Shown one piece after another: positions 22,186 to 34,744 of a stretch of DNA of 36,776 nucleotides (position 1 is the first letter of the stretch; each line of letters starts with the position of its first letter). The notes below the pieces were generated by a model. It had not been told where the DNA came from, did no database searches, and was given only the letters and a program-made list of their open reading frames with translations. Where the stretch lies: contig NC_069000.1 in assembly GCF_001194135.2 (NCBI RefSeq), positions 47,397,533 through 47,434,308 of the forward strand, written 5' to 3'. The stretch comes from Octopus bimaculoides (lineage: Eukaryota). The position numbers and the translations under genes are program-made.

Positions 22186-22305
22186 ATGTACGCGTGATCG
22201 TAAGATTGTGGTTTCAGTTCCTGGGCCAGGCGACGCATTGAGTTCTTGAGCAAAACACTTCATTTCACTTTACTCCAGTCCACTCAACTGGCAAAAATGA
22301 GTTTA
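22186..22305 (+). mobile_element. tRNA-derived SINE head (third family)
   Basis: gtggttaagg...ggtttcagttcctgg...ttcttgagcaaaacacttcatttcac...ctccagtccactcaactggcaaaaatgagt. A related decayed copy lies at about 15975-16080 and an inverted copy at about 22520-22635. Confidence 0.6.
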
Positions 22306-22689
22306 TCCTGGAGAGGGATGCGCTCCGCCAGGCTCTCTCGCTCGAGATACGCTTCAAGGCTGCAGTGTCCCCCCAACGACCCCACAAAGGGATAAGGAAC
22401 TTGTCATCTTCTCCCGTCGAAGATTTGTTTCTAGCGATCGAATGCTCGTGCCGCACATTAGCTCACTCTCACTCTCTCCATCAAATCGGTATTGTTTGAA
22501 CAGGTGCCACAGGTGTGCCATGCGCCAGGTGAGATGAAGTGTTTTACTGAAGAACACAACGACCCACCCGGTCCAGGAATTGAAATCATGATCGCCAGAT
22601 CATAAATGCAACACCCTGACCAAGCCATGCGCCTAGTGCTTGTGGGTTTAACCCATGCCAGTATGAAACTTGTGTTAAATGATGCTGAT

Positions 22690-23560
22690 GATAGTGGGGA
22701 AGAAGAGGATATTCTCTCATACATCCATCCTCTCTGCCCCCCCCCCCGGACACATCCTGTCTGTCTACCTGTACCTCCCCCCACTAGCACCAACTTTTCC
22801 AGTCAGTTGCTCTCCTCTCCATGCTGTTGTAAACTCTATCACTGTGTCTTCTTCACAGATTTGAGTAATCCTCTTCTTAGGTGGTCTACCTCTTGGCCAG
22901 GGGTCAGAAAGTTTTGGTAAAATGCCTGCATTCCATATTTATGAGGTGATCTTCTCATTAAATGGCGAAACCACTTTAGTTCTTTCCTTATTTCTTCAGT
23001 AACGGTGTATGTTATGTAAATAGATTTTAATAATGTCTCAAGTATAAACCATAAACGTGCCATTTCCAGACTTTATACTCTGCAATTATATTCACATTTT
23101 AGGGTCCAAGTAAGTGTATAATAGGGCACAACTGTCTGCAGCACTTTTGAGTTAGGAGACAGCTGTCTGCGGCACCTTTGAGTTAGCAAGTAAATGAATA
23201 TGTGCATGTAGTTTTCTACACTAACATGACCTCCTGTGCATGCAGCTGCTTGTTACATTCGTCAGTGCCCAACTCTACAATAAACCTCACTGAATTAGCT
23301 TTGTTCATGTCTCTCCTAGGAACTCCAAGAAGGAAAGCGAAATGGCCAGGAACATTTCAGTAATTAGACTTAGCTGACCGCCCAAACGTTGGTCAGAGAC
23401 AGAATAGTGAGCTACAGCAATATTCTGAGTCGCTGACAGCAGTAGGTGGCGTATTCCACCTGTAGTTCTTCATGGGTAGGACAACCTACGATGCTGTGCG
23501 GCAGGCCATTGTTAATGCAGACAAAGTCTCTTCACTGCACTGGTCACACTGTCTGGGGGA
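22690..23560 (-). mobile_element. Degenerate RTE LINE remnant
   Basis: ELKWFRHLMRR followed by a degenerate GxRPRGRP-like segment and an atcatcagcatc tail near 22680. The upstream part is heavily decayed. Confidence 0.55.
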
Positions 23561-24663
23561 GTCTTTTATTGTGACCAAAGGGGACATGTTTCTTGTAGTT
23601 TCCAGCTACCAAATTTTTCCCTAAGGCATCAGTCAGCTTCACAGGAGACTGAATCCAAAACCATTTGGTTAAGAAACAAGATTCTTTACCACACAGTCGT
23701 GCCTATACGTACCCCCACTCTCTCTCTCTCTCTCTCTCTTTCTCTCTGCATGTACGGTTGTGTGTGTGTCTACGTAGTTTTACATAGACATTAGTTAACT
23801 CATTTTCCGTTTTTTTTAAAGAGCATTCTCAGCGAATGAATGATTCAGTTAAAAAAATTAAGGCATGGCATGTGAGCCAGAAACACACAGCTTATATACA
23901 GAGACAAACAGACAGAGAGAGAGAGAGAAACAATATAGATAGAATATACATATAAAGCAGGCATTTTCTTTTCATTCTTTGCAATCAGTAGAGTCAGTAA
24001 GCAGATGTCGAGTGCAGCTAACATGTGTGCGACGACTAATAGTTGTTGGATACTTAAGCGGAGTCTTTTGTTAATTCTAAAGAAACAGAACTGATTTCCC
24101 TGTAATATTACTATTCTTCTTAGCTCCATCCTGATTAGACTTGGCATGGGTCATGTTTCATTTCGCTTAGTGGCAATTATCCATTTTAGTAATGGAAACA
24201 ACTGGCTTTACCGGAATTTCGTCTCCACCCATTTTAGGCTTATACAAGTCACTGAGTAGTCTCCCTTACATCTCAACTGAACTCACTGTACTTAGATTAG
24301 GTCTTGTTTAGCCCCAGGTCGACATTCCATGAGCAGACCTGGAACCAAATGCGTTCCAAGCACGTATATGATATTTTATAATCGAGTGTAGTGTTAGATA
24401 TAATCTCTCTAAATCCTTTTGTTACTGTATTTCTATCGAAATACTCTGTCGCTGTTTTAAGTTTTCTTAAGAATGAAGATTTTGGTAAAGAACAGAAATT
24501 AATTGGAAATTTTGATGGAAAGTTTTAATTAAGATCATTTTAAAACAGAAAGTTTGTATCTTTAAATTTGGGATATTAAACTTTGGGAGGTTGGTACCAA
24601 AAGATTTAAGGCAGAGGAGTGTGATTTAAAGGGAGATTTGGCTGCTATTTTTAACAAATGTTG

Positions 24664-24821
24664 CAGGAGTGGCTGTGTGGTAAGTAGCTTGCTTACCAAC
24701 CACATGGTCCCGGGTTCAGTCCCACTATGTGGCATCTTGGGCAAGTGTCTTCTACTATAGCCTTAGGCAGACCAAAGCCTTGTGAGTGGATTTGGTAGAC
24801 AGAAACTGAAAGAAGCCTGTC

Positions 24822-24870
<49 letters not shown>

Positions 24871-24914
24871 TATACACATATATGTATATATATATACACA
24901 TATATATACACATA

Positions 24915-24951
<37 letters not shown>

Positions 24952-25163
24952 ATGTGTGAGAGTATGTGTCTGTGCTTGTCCCCTCAACATCACTTGACAT
25001 GCGATGCTGGTGTGTTTACGTCCCCATAACTTAGCAGTTCGGCAAAAAGAGACTGATAGAATAAGTACCAGGCTTACAAAGAATAAGTTCTGAGGTCGAT
25101 TTGCTCAACTTAAAGGCAGTGCTCCAGCATGGCCACAGTCAAATGACTGAAACAAGTAAAAGA
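24664..25163 (+). mobile_element. Near full-length tRNA-derived SINE (family B) with internal TA/CA microsatellite
   Basis: A-box-like TGGCTGTGTGG and B-box-like GGTTCAGTCCC in the head, then body and tail ...gctccagcatggccacagtcaaatgactgaaacaagtaaaaga. Heads recur at 25711-25864 (+), 13322-13475 (-), 10600-10725 (-), 23590-23705 (-) and 36362-36415 (-). Confidence 0.75.
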
Positions 25164-25710
25164 ATTTAAAAAAACCACTTAGAGTGTTGATGTAAATGAT
25201 TTTTCTATATTTCTAAGTGAATTCATAAAAATGGCCAGCAGTTAGCATTCGTCCGTTTACTAACTTGGTTATAACTGGAAATACAGTTTGGTGCTTGTTG
25301 AAACCCATCCAAACATGAAGTTCTATTAATGAAACAATCTTTGCAATAAACATGAAAACAAGATTTCTCTCACAGAATTCAAAACTAAATGGGATTGGTT
25401 ACCAAGTGATGTTGTTGAGTCAAAAGTCACCAAACAGTTTCAAAATAGATTTTATAATTATTGAGAGAACAATATATCTTTTTTTTTTTTTGCTTATTTG
25501 CAAACACACAATTATGGTGAACAAAATTGAATAAAAGATTCCTTAAAAACTAACAATAAACAAAAAAACAAAATCAACACAATTTAGATATCTTTTGGTT
25601 TTTTTCTGATTTTGTGGAAAAGGAAAAAAAAATGGTGGACAGAGCCAAGTTATAGAGTTAATGATGATAACGTGTCTGGTGTTGGTAATGTGTTGCTATG
25701 CAACAGTCAC

Positions 25711-25864
25711 AGGCATGGTCTTGTGGTAAGAACTTGGCTTCCCAACCACATGGTTCCAGGTTCAGTCCCACTGTATGGCACCTTGAGCAAGTATCTTCTA
25801 CTATAGCCTTAGGCAGACCAAAGCCTTGTAAGTGGATTTGGTAGACGGAAACTGAAAGAAGCCC
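25711..25864 (+). mobile_element. SINE family B head
   Basis: High similarity to 24664-24822. Confidence 0.7.
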
Positions 25865-26241
25865 ACAGAGGCAATGACAAGAGACCAAGACCTTTGGAGA
25901 TATGCTATGATTGAGAAGACCCAACAAGTAAAGTGAGATCACAGCCGTAGCCTATACCAGTGTCACATAACCAGCCCATTTTAAAAGTACCCTTGAATCA
26001 TCAGGTGATACGCTCCAGTGCCGGTGACATGTGAAAAGCACCATTTGAGCACGACCGTTGCCAGTGTCACCTTACCGGCACATGTGCTAGTGGCACATAA
26101 GAAGCACCCACTACACTCTCAGAGTGGTTGGCATTAGGAAGGGCATCCAGCTGTAGAAACTTTGCCAGACCAGATTGAGCCTCAGTCAAACCGTCCAATC
26201 CATGCCAGCATGGAAAGCGGACGTTAAATGATGAGGATGAT
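25865..26241 (+). mobile_element. RTE-type 3' end/tail repeat
   Basis: ctttggagatatgct..gagaagaccc...ggaagggcatccagctgtagaaac...catgccagcatggaaagcggacgttaaatgatgaggatgat. The same tail occurs in reverse at 9227-9422 and 4843-4955, and partially at 56-142. Confidence 0.7.
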
Positions 26242-28705
26242 ATATATATATATATAAGTATCTTGAGAGAAAAGCTGAACATTAGAAGCATCAGTTGTGG
26301 CGNNNNNNNNNNNNNNNNNNNNNNNNNNNNNNNNNNNNNNNNNNNNNNNNNNNNNNNNNNNNNNNNNNNNNNNNNNNNNNNNNNNNNNNNNNNNNNNNNN
26401 NNNNNNNNNNNNNNNNNNNNNNNNNNNNNNNNNNNNNNNNNNNNNNNNNNNNNNNNNNNNNNNNNNNNNNNNNNNNNNNNNNNNNNNNNNNNNNNNNNNN
26501 NNNNNNNNNNNNNNNNNNNNNNNNNNNNNNNNNNNNNNNNNNNNNNNNNNNNNNNNNNNNNNNNNNNNNNNNNNNNNNNNNNNNNNNNNNNNNNNNNNNN
26601 NNNNNNNNNNNNNNNNNNNNNNNNNNNNNNNNNNNNNNNNNNNNNNNNNNNNNNNNNNNNNNNNNNNNNNNNNNNNNNNNNNNNNNNNNNNNNNNNNNNN
26701 NNNNNNNNNNNNNNNNNNNNNNNNNNNNNNNNNNNNNNNNNNNNNNNNNNNNNNNNNNNNNNNNNNNNNNNNNNNNNNNNNNNNNNNNNNNNNNNNNNNN
26801 NNNNNNNNNNNNNNNNNNNNNNNNNNNNNNNNNNNNNNNNNNNNNNNNNNNNNNNNNNNNNNNNNNNNNNNNNNNNNNNNNNNNNNNNNNNNNNNNNNNN
26901 NNNNNNNNNNNNNNNNNNNNNNNNNNNNNNNNNNNNNNNNNNNNNNNNNNNNNNNNNNNNNNNNNNNNNNNNNNNNNNNNNNNNNNNNNNNNNNNNNNNN
27001 NNNNNNNNNNNNNNNNNNNNNNNNNNNNNNNNNNNNNNNNNNNNNNNNNNNNNNNNNNNNNNNNNNNNNNNNNNNNNNNNNNNNNNNNNNNNNNNNNNNN
27101 NNNNNNNNNNNNNNNNNNNNNNNNNNNNNNNNNNNNNNNNNNNNNNNNNNNNNNNNNNNNNNNNNNNNNNNNNNNNNNNNNNNNNNNNNNNNNNNNNNNN
27201 NNNNNNNNNNNNNNNATTATGTGTATTTCTTCTATCTTAATGAATAAAAATTCTGATAGAATAAATGGGTTAATAGAAACCAATGTAGCAAAGAACACAA
27301 AATAACTGTGGTTTAGTTCCTGTTTTTAAGGCAGGAACTCCTTGAAATTTGGGGTATTTGAGTATATTTAAGAATTTAAGGAATGGAGAAAACGCATGTT
27401 ATAATTGCATACTTTATTCCTACATATGTTTTTCTATTATGTGTTTCAGCCAGGTGGGTGTGGTCATGCTGGAGCACCACAAATGGTCTGAAGTTCACTA
27501 CAGTTGTTTCAGACATGTCTTTTATTGATGGACAAATCAATTACATCATGTAAAAACCCCGTTTTCTTCAGATGAATTAAAATTAAAATAAAATTTAATA
27601 TTTGGGATTTTTCACACAGTATAGAATGCATGTGTGTGTGTGTGTGTGTGTGTGTGTAACGGGATTAACAAAATACAAACAGTTGTGTGTGTTTGAATTA
27701 GGACGAAAAGGGATTAACAATAAAATATATTGAAAGGGATTAACTTGACATACGTGTTCTTCTCCATCATCTAATAAAATTTTTAAAAAACACATAAAGG
27801 CATTCAGATTAAATCATTTATAACATTTTTGTACGGAAAAGAGAAGAAAATAGGAAAACCAAGAGAATCCTGAGTGAAAGTTCAGTGATTCCTCATAGAC
27901 GGTACACACACACATACATACACACACACACCATATGTGCGCGCGTCAATAACCTTGAGAAAAACTTGTCCTAATGTCTTCTCTCTAATTTATTACGTGA
28001 CAGTGAGATAATGTAAGAAATACAATCTACACGTGGTGGAACGAATATATTTTAGAGTTTTTATCTTCACGTCAACATTTACTGACATAACTCACAAATG
28101 TTTTTCTTTATATAAACATTAAAACTTGATTGTGGCTCCTGAGGAAACGGTCCTCTGTCAGTCACAACGTCGGAGACGATGTCTGTTTAGCGAAGGAATT
28201 GTTTAAAAAGGTTTCCCAATGACGACAACCTGTTAATTTAGTTCCCATTCATCATCAACCGCTGCATATTTCAGAGGTAGATACTACTGACAGACAAGTT
28301 TTCATAGTCAGTAGTCGAGTTTCTGGGCGACCAGCCAGACCGGCCGGCCAGCCAGCCAGCCAGCCAGTATATTTTACTGACACGCTCAGGAATGTGGTGT
28401 AAATAAACTTCTAGATTTGCTTTACCTCTTTTCTTTTTTTTTTACGCAACTAATTACGGTCGACCGCCGGATTCGAACCGTGGAACAGCGCGTCGAAAAA
28501 GAGAGGAAGGGAGGAAACATTGGGATCTGAAGATAGGAGAAGAAAAAGAAAAAGAAAGACAGGCACCTGACTGAGTGGGTCACCTCCTGGGGTTTATTTT
28601 ACCTAAATCTATCGAATTTGTATGTAATTAGTCGCTATTTTAAGAAGCAAGTAGTTTGCTGTTAATAACACACTACCCTCATAGTCTACGATGTCTTTAT
28701 TTCAG

Positions 28706-28756
28706 CTTCAGGTTTAACCTGTTGATGCATCTGAAAGAGAGAGAAAGAAATGTTTG
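28706..28756 (+). other. Candidate 5'-UTR exon of the 29.7-kb gene
   Basis: Tandem acceptors tctttatttcag|cttcag and donor TTG|GTGAGT. A CpG-richer region at 28.1-28.5 kb just upstream could be the promoter. Confidence 0.35.
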
Positions 28757-29749
28757 GTGAGTATATTAAGTTCATGATTGCCATTGCACACACAACTGTT
28801 GCAAGTTAGAGCAGAAGGGAGAGATTCAAGTGTTTAGACTATGAGAACAACGAAATGACTGTGACACGAGGAGGATGTTATTTTCTCTTTCTTGTTAAAA
28901 TGAAAGGCAGAAAAATGTAGAGAAATTATGGCAAAAGACTTCTAAGTATTGTAAATAGGTTGGGTTTTTTTTTTTTCATAACTTTTTATTTGAACAAATG
29001 TCTTAACTTTTCTTTCCTTGGCTGTCTTCGTTTAATCCATCTACAAACATACTGCGACCACCTGTTTACGAGGATATATCACAGGAAGAGGAATATATAA
29101 CAGCTGCAGGGAAATGCCACAGGTGGAGGAATAATACAACATATACCACAGCGACAGTAATATAGAAGAGGTAGAGGAATGTACGACATGTAGAAGGATA
29201 TATCACAGGTGCAGAAGTATATCACACAGGTAGAAGAACGTATGACACAGCGACAGACACACGGACGACAAGTTTATGTTTAAAAAAATATTACAAACAG
29301 TGAAAAGAAATTCAAGTTTCTCTCCACCGAAAGAAAAGCAAAACTCTGGTCAGACCTAAAAAAAAAAGATAGCATCACGGTTTAAAAAGCAACTTCGTCG
29401 CCGTGCTCTGTTATATTTGCGCAGAGAAAGCAGCCAGTTGGTCGGTCGGTCGGTCGGTCGGTCCATTAAATCCATTTACAATCTGCTGCTGCTTCATTTC
29501 ATTGCTCAGTCCTGAGACAATATGAGTGGGATTTTTATATAAGCTCTTGACAAACGATGTAAACAGTTTAATGAATCGGGGCCCCGGAAAAGCAAAGTTT
29601 CAGTGAAACTGTGTCCCCACATTGTCCAGTATGGTCATCCTGTATACACCGAGAAGAATTATTTAACAGACAACACACACACACACACTGTCGATATTTC
29701 GAACAGAAAGGATTATTATTTATTTAATATTTATAGACATATTTCTATC

Positions 29750-29837
29750 ATGGGATCTATTTTCCACGGACTTTTACGTTTGGTGGAGTTTACCGGCTTG
29801 GTCAACGTGTTGATGTGGTCCTTCGCACCTGTACAAG
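29750..29837 (+). CDS. Probable first coding exon of a secreted/membrane protein: MGSIFHGLLRLVEFTGLVNVLMWSFAPVQ(G/D)
   Basis: Acceptor tatttaatatttatag at 29736, ATG at 29750, hydrophobic stretch ending A-P-V-Q, and strong phase-1 donor AAG|GTAAGA at 29838. Confidence 0.55.
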
Positions 29838-30158
29838 GTAAGAAAAGATCCAGAGACTGAGTATGGTGGGAGAACGATAGACGAGTTGGTTGTTTGTGGA
29901 GGATTATGTTTTAACTTTCCTGGGCAACCATAAGTAGGCATGTATGTATAGAGATTGGATGTGTGTATATATATTATGTACGTAAGCGATCGTTGTTTAG
30001 CCCCAGGTCGGCCTTTATCAGGCTTTATCCAAATCAGAACCTTTCCAGCCATGCCATTCCCTCTTTTTTTCTCTCATACATTATTATATCTAACACTTCA
30101 AAATCTCCAGCATCCAATATATTCTTTATTTCGAAGACATTGGATCCGTTGTTTTCAG

Positions 30159-30176
30159 ATGGTGCACCACAAAGAG
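30159..30176 (+). CDS. Candidate 18-nt phase-1 microexon: DGAPQR
   Basis: Acceptor ccgttgttttcag and donor GAG|GTATCA. The donor motif is part of a local degenerate repeat, so it may be cryptic. Confidence 0.3.
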
Positions 30177-30432
30177 GTATCAAGGTGTACCTGCACGGTG
30201 GGGGTGGGGGATCGAGGTTTACTGTAAAGGGTACCTATGTGTGTTGTGTTTGGGTATCTGAATGTTACCGTAAAAGTGGCGTGTCTAGGCCTTCTGTCAA
30301 GAGTATCGAGAGGTTGCTGCAAGAGGTATCTGGGTGTGCTTTAAGGTGTTGCTGTAAGAAGGGATATCTGGTTCTGTTGTAATAGATATAGAGGTGTTAT
30401 TCTAAGGGATGAGGTATCTATGTCTGTTTTAA

Positions 30433-30619
30433 CCCTTTCGGCATGGCTGCTACAATTGTACAGGTCAAATATGTGATGCGGTATAGTACCGCTCCGGTTT
30501 TTCTAGTAAGTATGTAGCGCCAGACGTTTGATCGGAGTGTATGGCACTGTAATGACAGCTGAAAAGGTTCGCATGCGTACAAACCCCCTGCCATTACCGA
30601 CTTGAGGAAAGATCAAGGG
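30433..30619. mobile_element. TTAA-type (piggyBac-like) MITE
   Basis: TTAA|CCCTT ... AAGGG|TTAA, 187 bp, inserted in a degenerate tandem repeat. Confidence 0.55.
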
Positions 30620-30965
30620 TTAAAGGGCACCTGTGTGTGTTCTAATAAGAGATTTGAGGTGTTGCTGTCAGGAGTACCTGTGTAGAGTTGCAAGAGGTTC
30701 GTGGTTGCGCTCCGAGGAATAACAAGCTACTCGAAGATATCAACACACATGAAATACCCACGAATATCAAACACGTTGTCATTTTACTTCAGTCCAAATA
30801 TAAAACAAACAATAGTTTCTCTATTCTATGATTTTATATGAGTTTTTTGATCTTTAAAATATTTGAGCCATGTTTGATTTTATATATGTATATATAATGA
30901 TAATATTTGTCTTGTTTTATTTTTTGTGTGAAATGTGAGAGAAATATTTTAGTTTGGTCTAAAAT

Positions 30966-31178
30966 ATTTGGCAGAATCGTTAGCATGCTGGGCAAGATCG
31001 TTAGCGGCATTCCATCCATCTTTGGGTTCTGAGTTCAAATTACGCTGAAGTCGACTTTGCCTTTCATCCTTTCGGGGTCAATAGAAAGAGTATCAGTTGA
31101 GCACTGGGGTCGATGTAATCGACTTACCCTGCCCCGACCCCAACGTGCTGGTCTTGTGCCAAAATTTGAAACCGATAT
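30966..31178 (+). mobile_element. tRNA-derived SINE family A
   Basis: ggcagaatcgttagcatgctgggc...ttctgagttcaaatt...ctttgcctttcatcctttcggggtc...agttgagcactggggtcgatgtaatcgactta. Copies at 1529-1715 (+), 2538-2769 (+), 3593-3710 (-), 9006-9213 (-) and 15655-15745 (-). Confidence 0.75.
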
Positions 31179-31574
31179 TTTAGTTTGGTCTCTTGTATAT
31201 AGAGAACCACTGGACCGGGATGGATTTGAGGGAGATTTGGCTGCTTTTTCTAACAGGTCGAGCGAGCGATTGTGTAGTAAAGTCTTTTGTTGTGTGTGTG
31301 AAACAATTCTGATTAGGAAGAATTCGGTGTATTTATCAATAAAAGAGAAAACGTGGGTGTAAAGAATACATTAGTTTAATTATGGTAGAACAAATACCAT
31401 TTAGAGTTGTAAAACATCAAAAAATGATAATAAAGGAATCAAAAACAGAAACAATAAATAAATAAATAAATAGTAATAAATATGAAATTAAAAAATGAAT
31501 GTAATTATATAAGTGATGTGTGTCAGTATGTATGTGAGCCCACCATTTCTTTTTTTTTTTTTTTTTTTTTCATA

Positions 31575-31833
31575 CTAAATTCCGATATAATCGTAATTTA
31601 CACTCACTGAAAGGGGTTTGTAGAAAATTTCATAAAAAATTACCCATTTTCTGGAAGTTATAAGGAAACAAAGCAAACTTTTGTGAATTTTCCGAAACTC
31701 TTCTCTCCACTCCTCAGGAAAATTTGGTTTCACAACAAATTCGGATATAACTAGAATTTACACTATCTGAAGTGAATTTGTAGAAAATTTTATATAAAAA
31801 TATCCATTTTTCTGGAAGTTATGAAGAAACAAA
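31575..31833 (+). repeat. Local tandem duplication (about 100-bp units spaced about 160 bp)
   Basis: aaattc.gatataa...aatttacact...tttgtagaaaattt...ccattttctggaagttat..gaaacaaa occurs at 31575-31680 and 31737-31833. Confidence 0.65.
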
Positions 31834-33760
31834 CTCTGCCACTGAAATATTCAATACACCCAAGTACACAGACTCCCTGCTGATACTCTCTTAAATACCT
31901 TTTACCAACAAAATATTTTAAATGGTTCGACAGGTTTCAGCCTGAATTGTCCCACTCCATTATTCAGCAGCAGCACATGCAAAACACAATTGACTCGTAA
32001 TCCTCTGCTCTTTCTCAGATGCCATTTGTTAACTTCCAGCTTCTGGGTACCTTTCTGTAAATTCCGAGCTACTAAAAACTATTTTTCCTCCACAAGGTTC
32101 AGTAATTTTTGTTTGGTACCTCAGTGGCGTGAAAAGCAGGGATTTGTTTATTTTATTGTCAGAATACGAAAGGCAAAGATCGCTACTGTTTATATTCACT
32201 TCCGTAAAACAATTTTAGATTACAAGTCGCACCTCTACACTTGTTTATTCATCTACACAGCACAATATATACTTCCTCAACTCATTCAAACATGATTTTA
32301 CACTCTCTCTGTCTGTCTGTCTGTCTGTCTGTGTGTGTGTGTGTGAATATCAGCTGGAAATAAGCTAAGGTTACTGCTGTTCTGGTGTCACTTACTAAGG
32401 CAGGGACAATCAGTCTGTCTTTCCCATCAATGTCATATCTGTTCTGGAGGAGTCTTCATTCTCAAAACTATCCTCCTTTTTCATTTGGGGTCAGTACCAT
32501 TTACCTCCAACTCATTGTCCTACTCTACCAATAAGTTAAGAATTCTTGTTGTATGGCATTTAATATACTTTTATTTAACTTCTTTCTTCAAATGCATGTC
32601 ACTGATCACTCTTACTTCTCTCCTTTTATATTTGTTTAATTCTTTAGTATTTGGATGTCAAACTTAATGCATCAGCATCATCCTTCATTTACATTGTAGG
32701 CAATAGGTATTATGTTTTGAACACCGTGACAATGAAATTATTTACTTACATAGCCCCCCCCCCTCCATACACATATTCAACTCATGCCAACATGATAGAT
32801 GATACACACTCACACACACACACATACATAAGCACTCATTCATACACACACGCACACGCACACATTCCTGACACTAATACTCTATGATTTGAAAGGTAGA
32901 AATCTTTCTGCTTATATTACACTATATTTAATATATATTTAAAAACATATGATAAAATAAGTCAAGGGAAATAACTCAAGTTGGCCAATGGTATGAAGAA
33001 GAGGGTGACATAGTGGGCTGATGGGTGCAACGTTCTTAATTGATTGACATTTTCCTACTCGTTTGGAGCAAGAAAAAGAAAAACAAAGCAATTTAATATA
33101 ATTTGGATTGCCACTTACAACAGAGTGTGTTAATATATATCGGTGGCAGCAGTGGTGGTGGCGTTGGAAGGCAACAAGGAAATCATGTGTCGAATACTAA
33201 ACTATTATTATTTAATTGGACAATGAATTGTGTGTGTGAAATGATTGGCTCCAACCAACTTCGTCTCGCAAGAGATGTCTGGTTAATCAGTTCGTGCATG
33301 TAGAACATGGAGTTAGTCAGCAAATATTGCATTTGATAGTCTCAAAGAACTGAAAAAGATTTCTAACCAAGTTCCTTGGAAATCATTGTTAAATACTAAA
33401 CTTTTATGTGAAACAACTTTCAAAATGCAAAAGCAACATTAATGATAACATTATCTTTGTCAGGCAATAATTATTTGAAGAAGCTTTGTAATAATGGTTA
33501 GTTCTTGCCTTTTCTAAATATACTTCAACTGATAACATTTCTATGGGATTTAATGACCAATTATGACTCACAGTATTCTAATTCCATGAGACACCAGGAC
33601 TCACCACCTCTCCTCATCACTCACATTTAATCTTAATTCACCAGTCATGTCTTTTACCAACACAGCCACTAGTTTCCCAAACTGTGGCACTTTTAATTAT
33701 AATGACTCACTAAACAGTGTGAGATGTTTACTTCATTTTTGTCATCTCACTCTTCTGCCG

Positions 33761-33818
<58 letters not shown>

Positions 33819-34744
33819 TGTCTGCCTGTTGCAGCAAGTTTCTTCCTTTCAGAGTCATTCAGGCTTCCCACTGTTTCCCAGCTAATATTTCTTGTGTGTC
33901 TTTGAAATGTAACTTCCCAATTCCGTTGGGTTTCATACGATGTAGAGACACGATAAAGAAAACTGAGTGCAAAAAGTAAGCAGAGAGAAACAAGTGAGAG
34001 CAGCCAATGGGAAGAAGTATTTGAACAACAAAGATGAAGAAGGGTATATTAAATACCATACAATGTAACTTCTTGGTTTATTGTAAAAAGTTATGGAAGA
34101 GGGAACGGTAAAAGAGTAAAAAAAAAAAAATTAAAATTTTGAGAAAAATTTTGTTTGGAATCACAACTTGTATGAAAAACCCAGAATACCAAAAATTAGA
34201 AAAATACCCCAAAATGTTTCCCATGAAATGTAGGGTACCTGATATGAAAGCTCTTCCTAAATTACAGAATATCATTTAGTCTTAGTCTTTGTTCCTATTC
34301 CTCACCTCAAACATCAAATGATGAGATCTCCACCCAGCTTGATTACAAGCCCTCTCATAAACTTACTCCCAAGTGAGGCCCATATTTGCCAGGTCCTTCT
34401 TCACAATCCTCTTTGAACTTGCAACTGGTCTGCTTTACCTCTTCCTATGCATCTGTACTTCTGGCTTCCACTCAAAAAAGCTCTCCCTGGGTTGTGTCTT
34501 CATGTATATGTTCATCACATGACTTATCATTTCCCACCATCTCATTGAATTCTCAATGTCAGTACACTAAAGTTTCAATGTTAAGCAACTATCTTGGTAG
34601 AAGCCCACAAAATTATTCACCATCATTCCAACAACAAGTTTGGTCACCATTATAAACTCAATATCTTTATCATTCATGGACAAGCTTATAAAATGATAAT
34701 ATAAAAAGAAAGAAAAAAAAAAACAGTTCGCTACCCAGTTGTTA

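Noticed and set aside
28461-28490. GGTTCGAATCC T-loop motif on the minus strand (possible tRNA)
   Set aside because: The T-stem pairs only 3 bp, and no acceptor, D or anticodon arms are visible.
28426-28730. Minus-strand acceptors at 28731 and 28527, suggesting a paralogous microexon gene (DAST; DPNVSS...)
   Set aside because: The purine tracts are better explained as + strand UTR sequence with stronger sites, and no minus-strand signal exon or consistent chain was found.
32395-32540. Acidic minus-strand peptide (DNELEVNGTDPK / MKKEDSFENEDSS) with a GTAAGT donor
   Set aside because: Broken by a frameshift and stops, with no acceptor; probably decayed repeat sequence.
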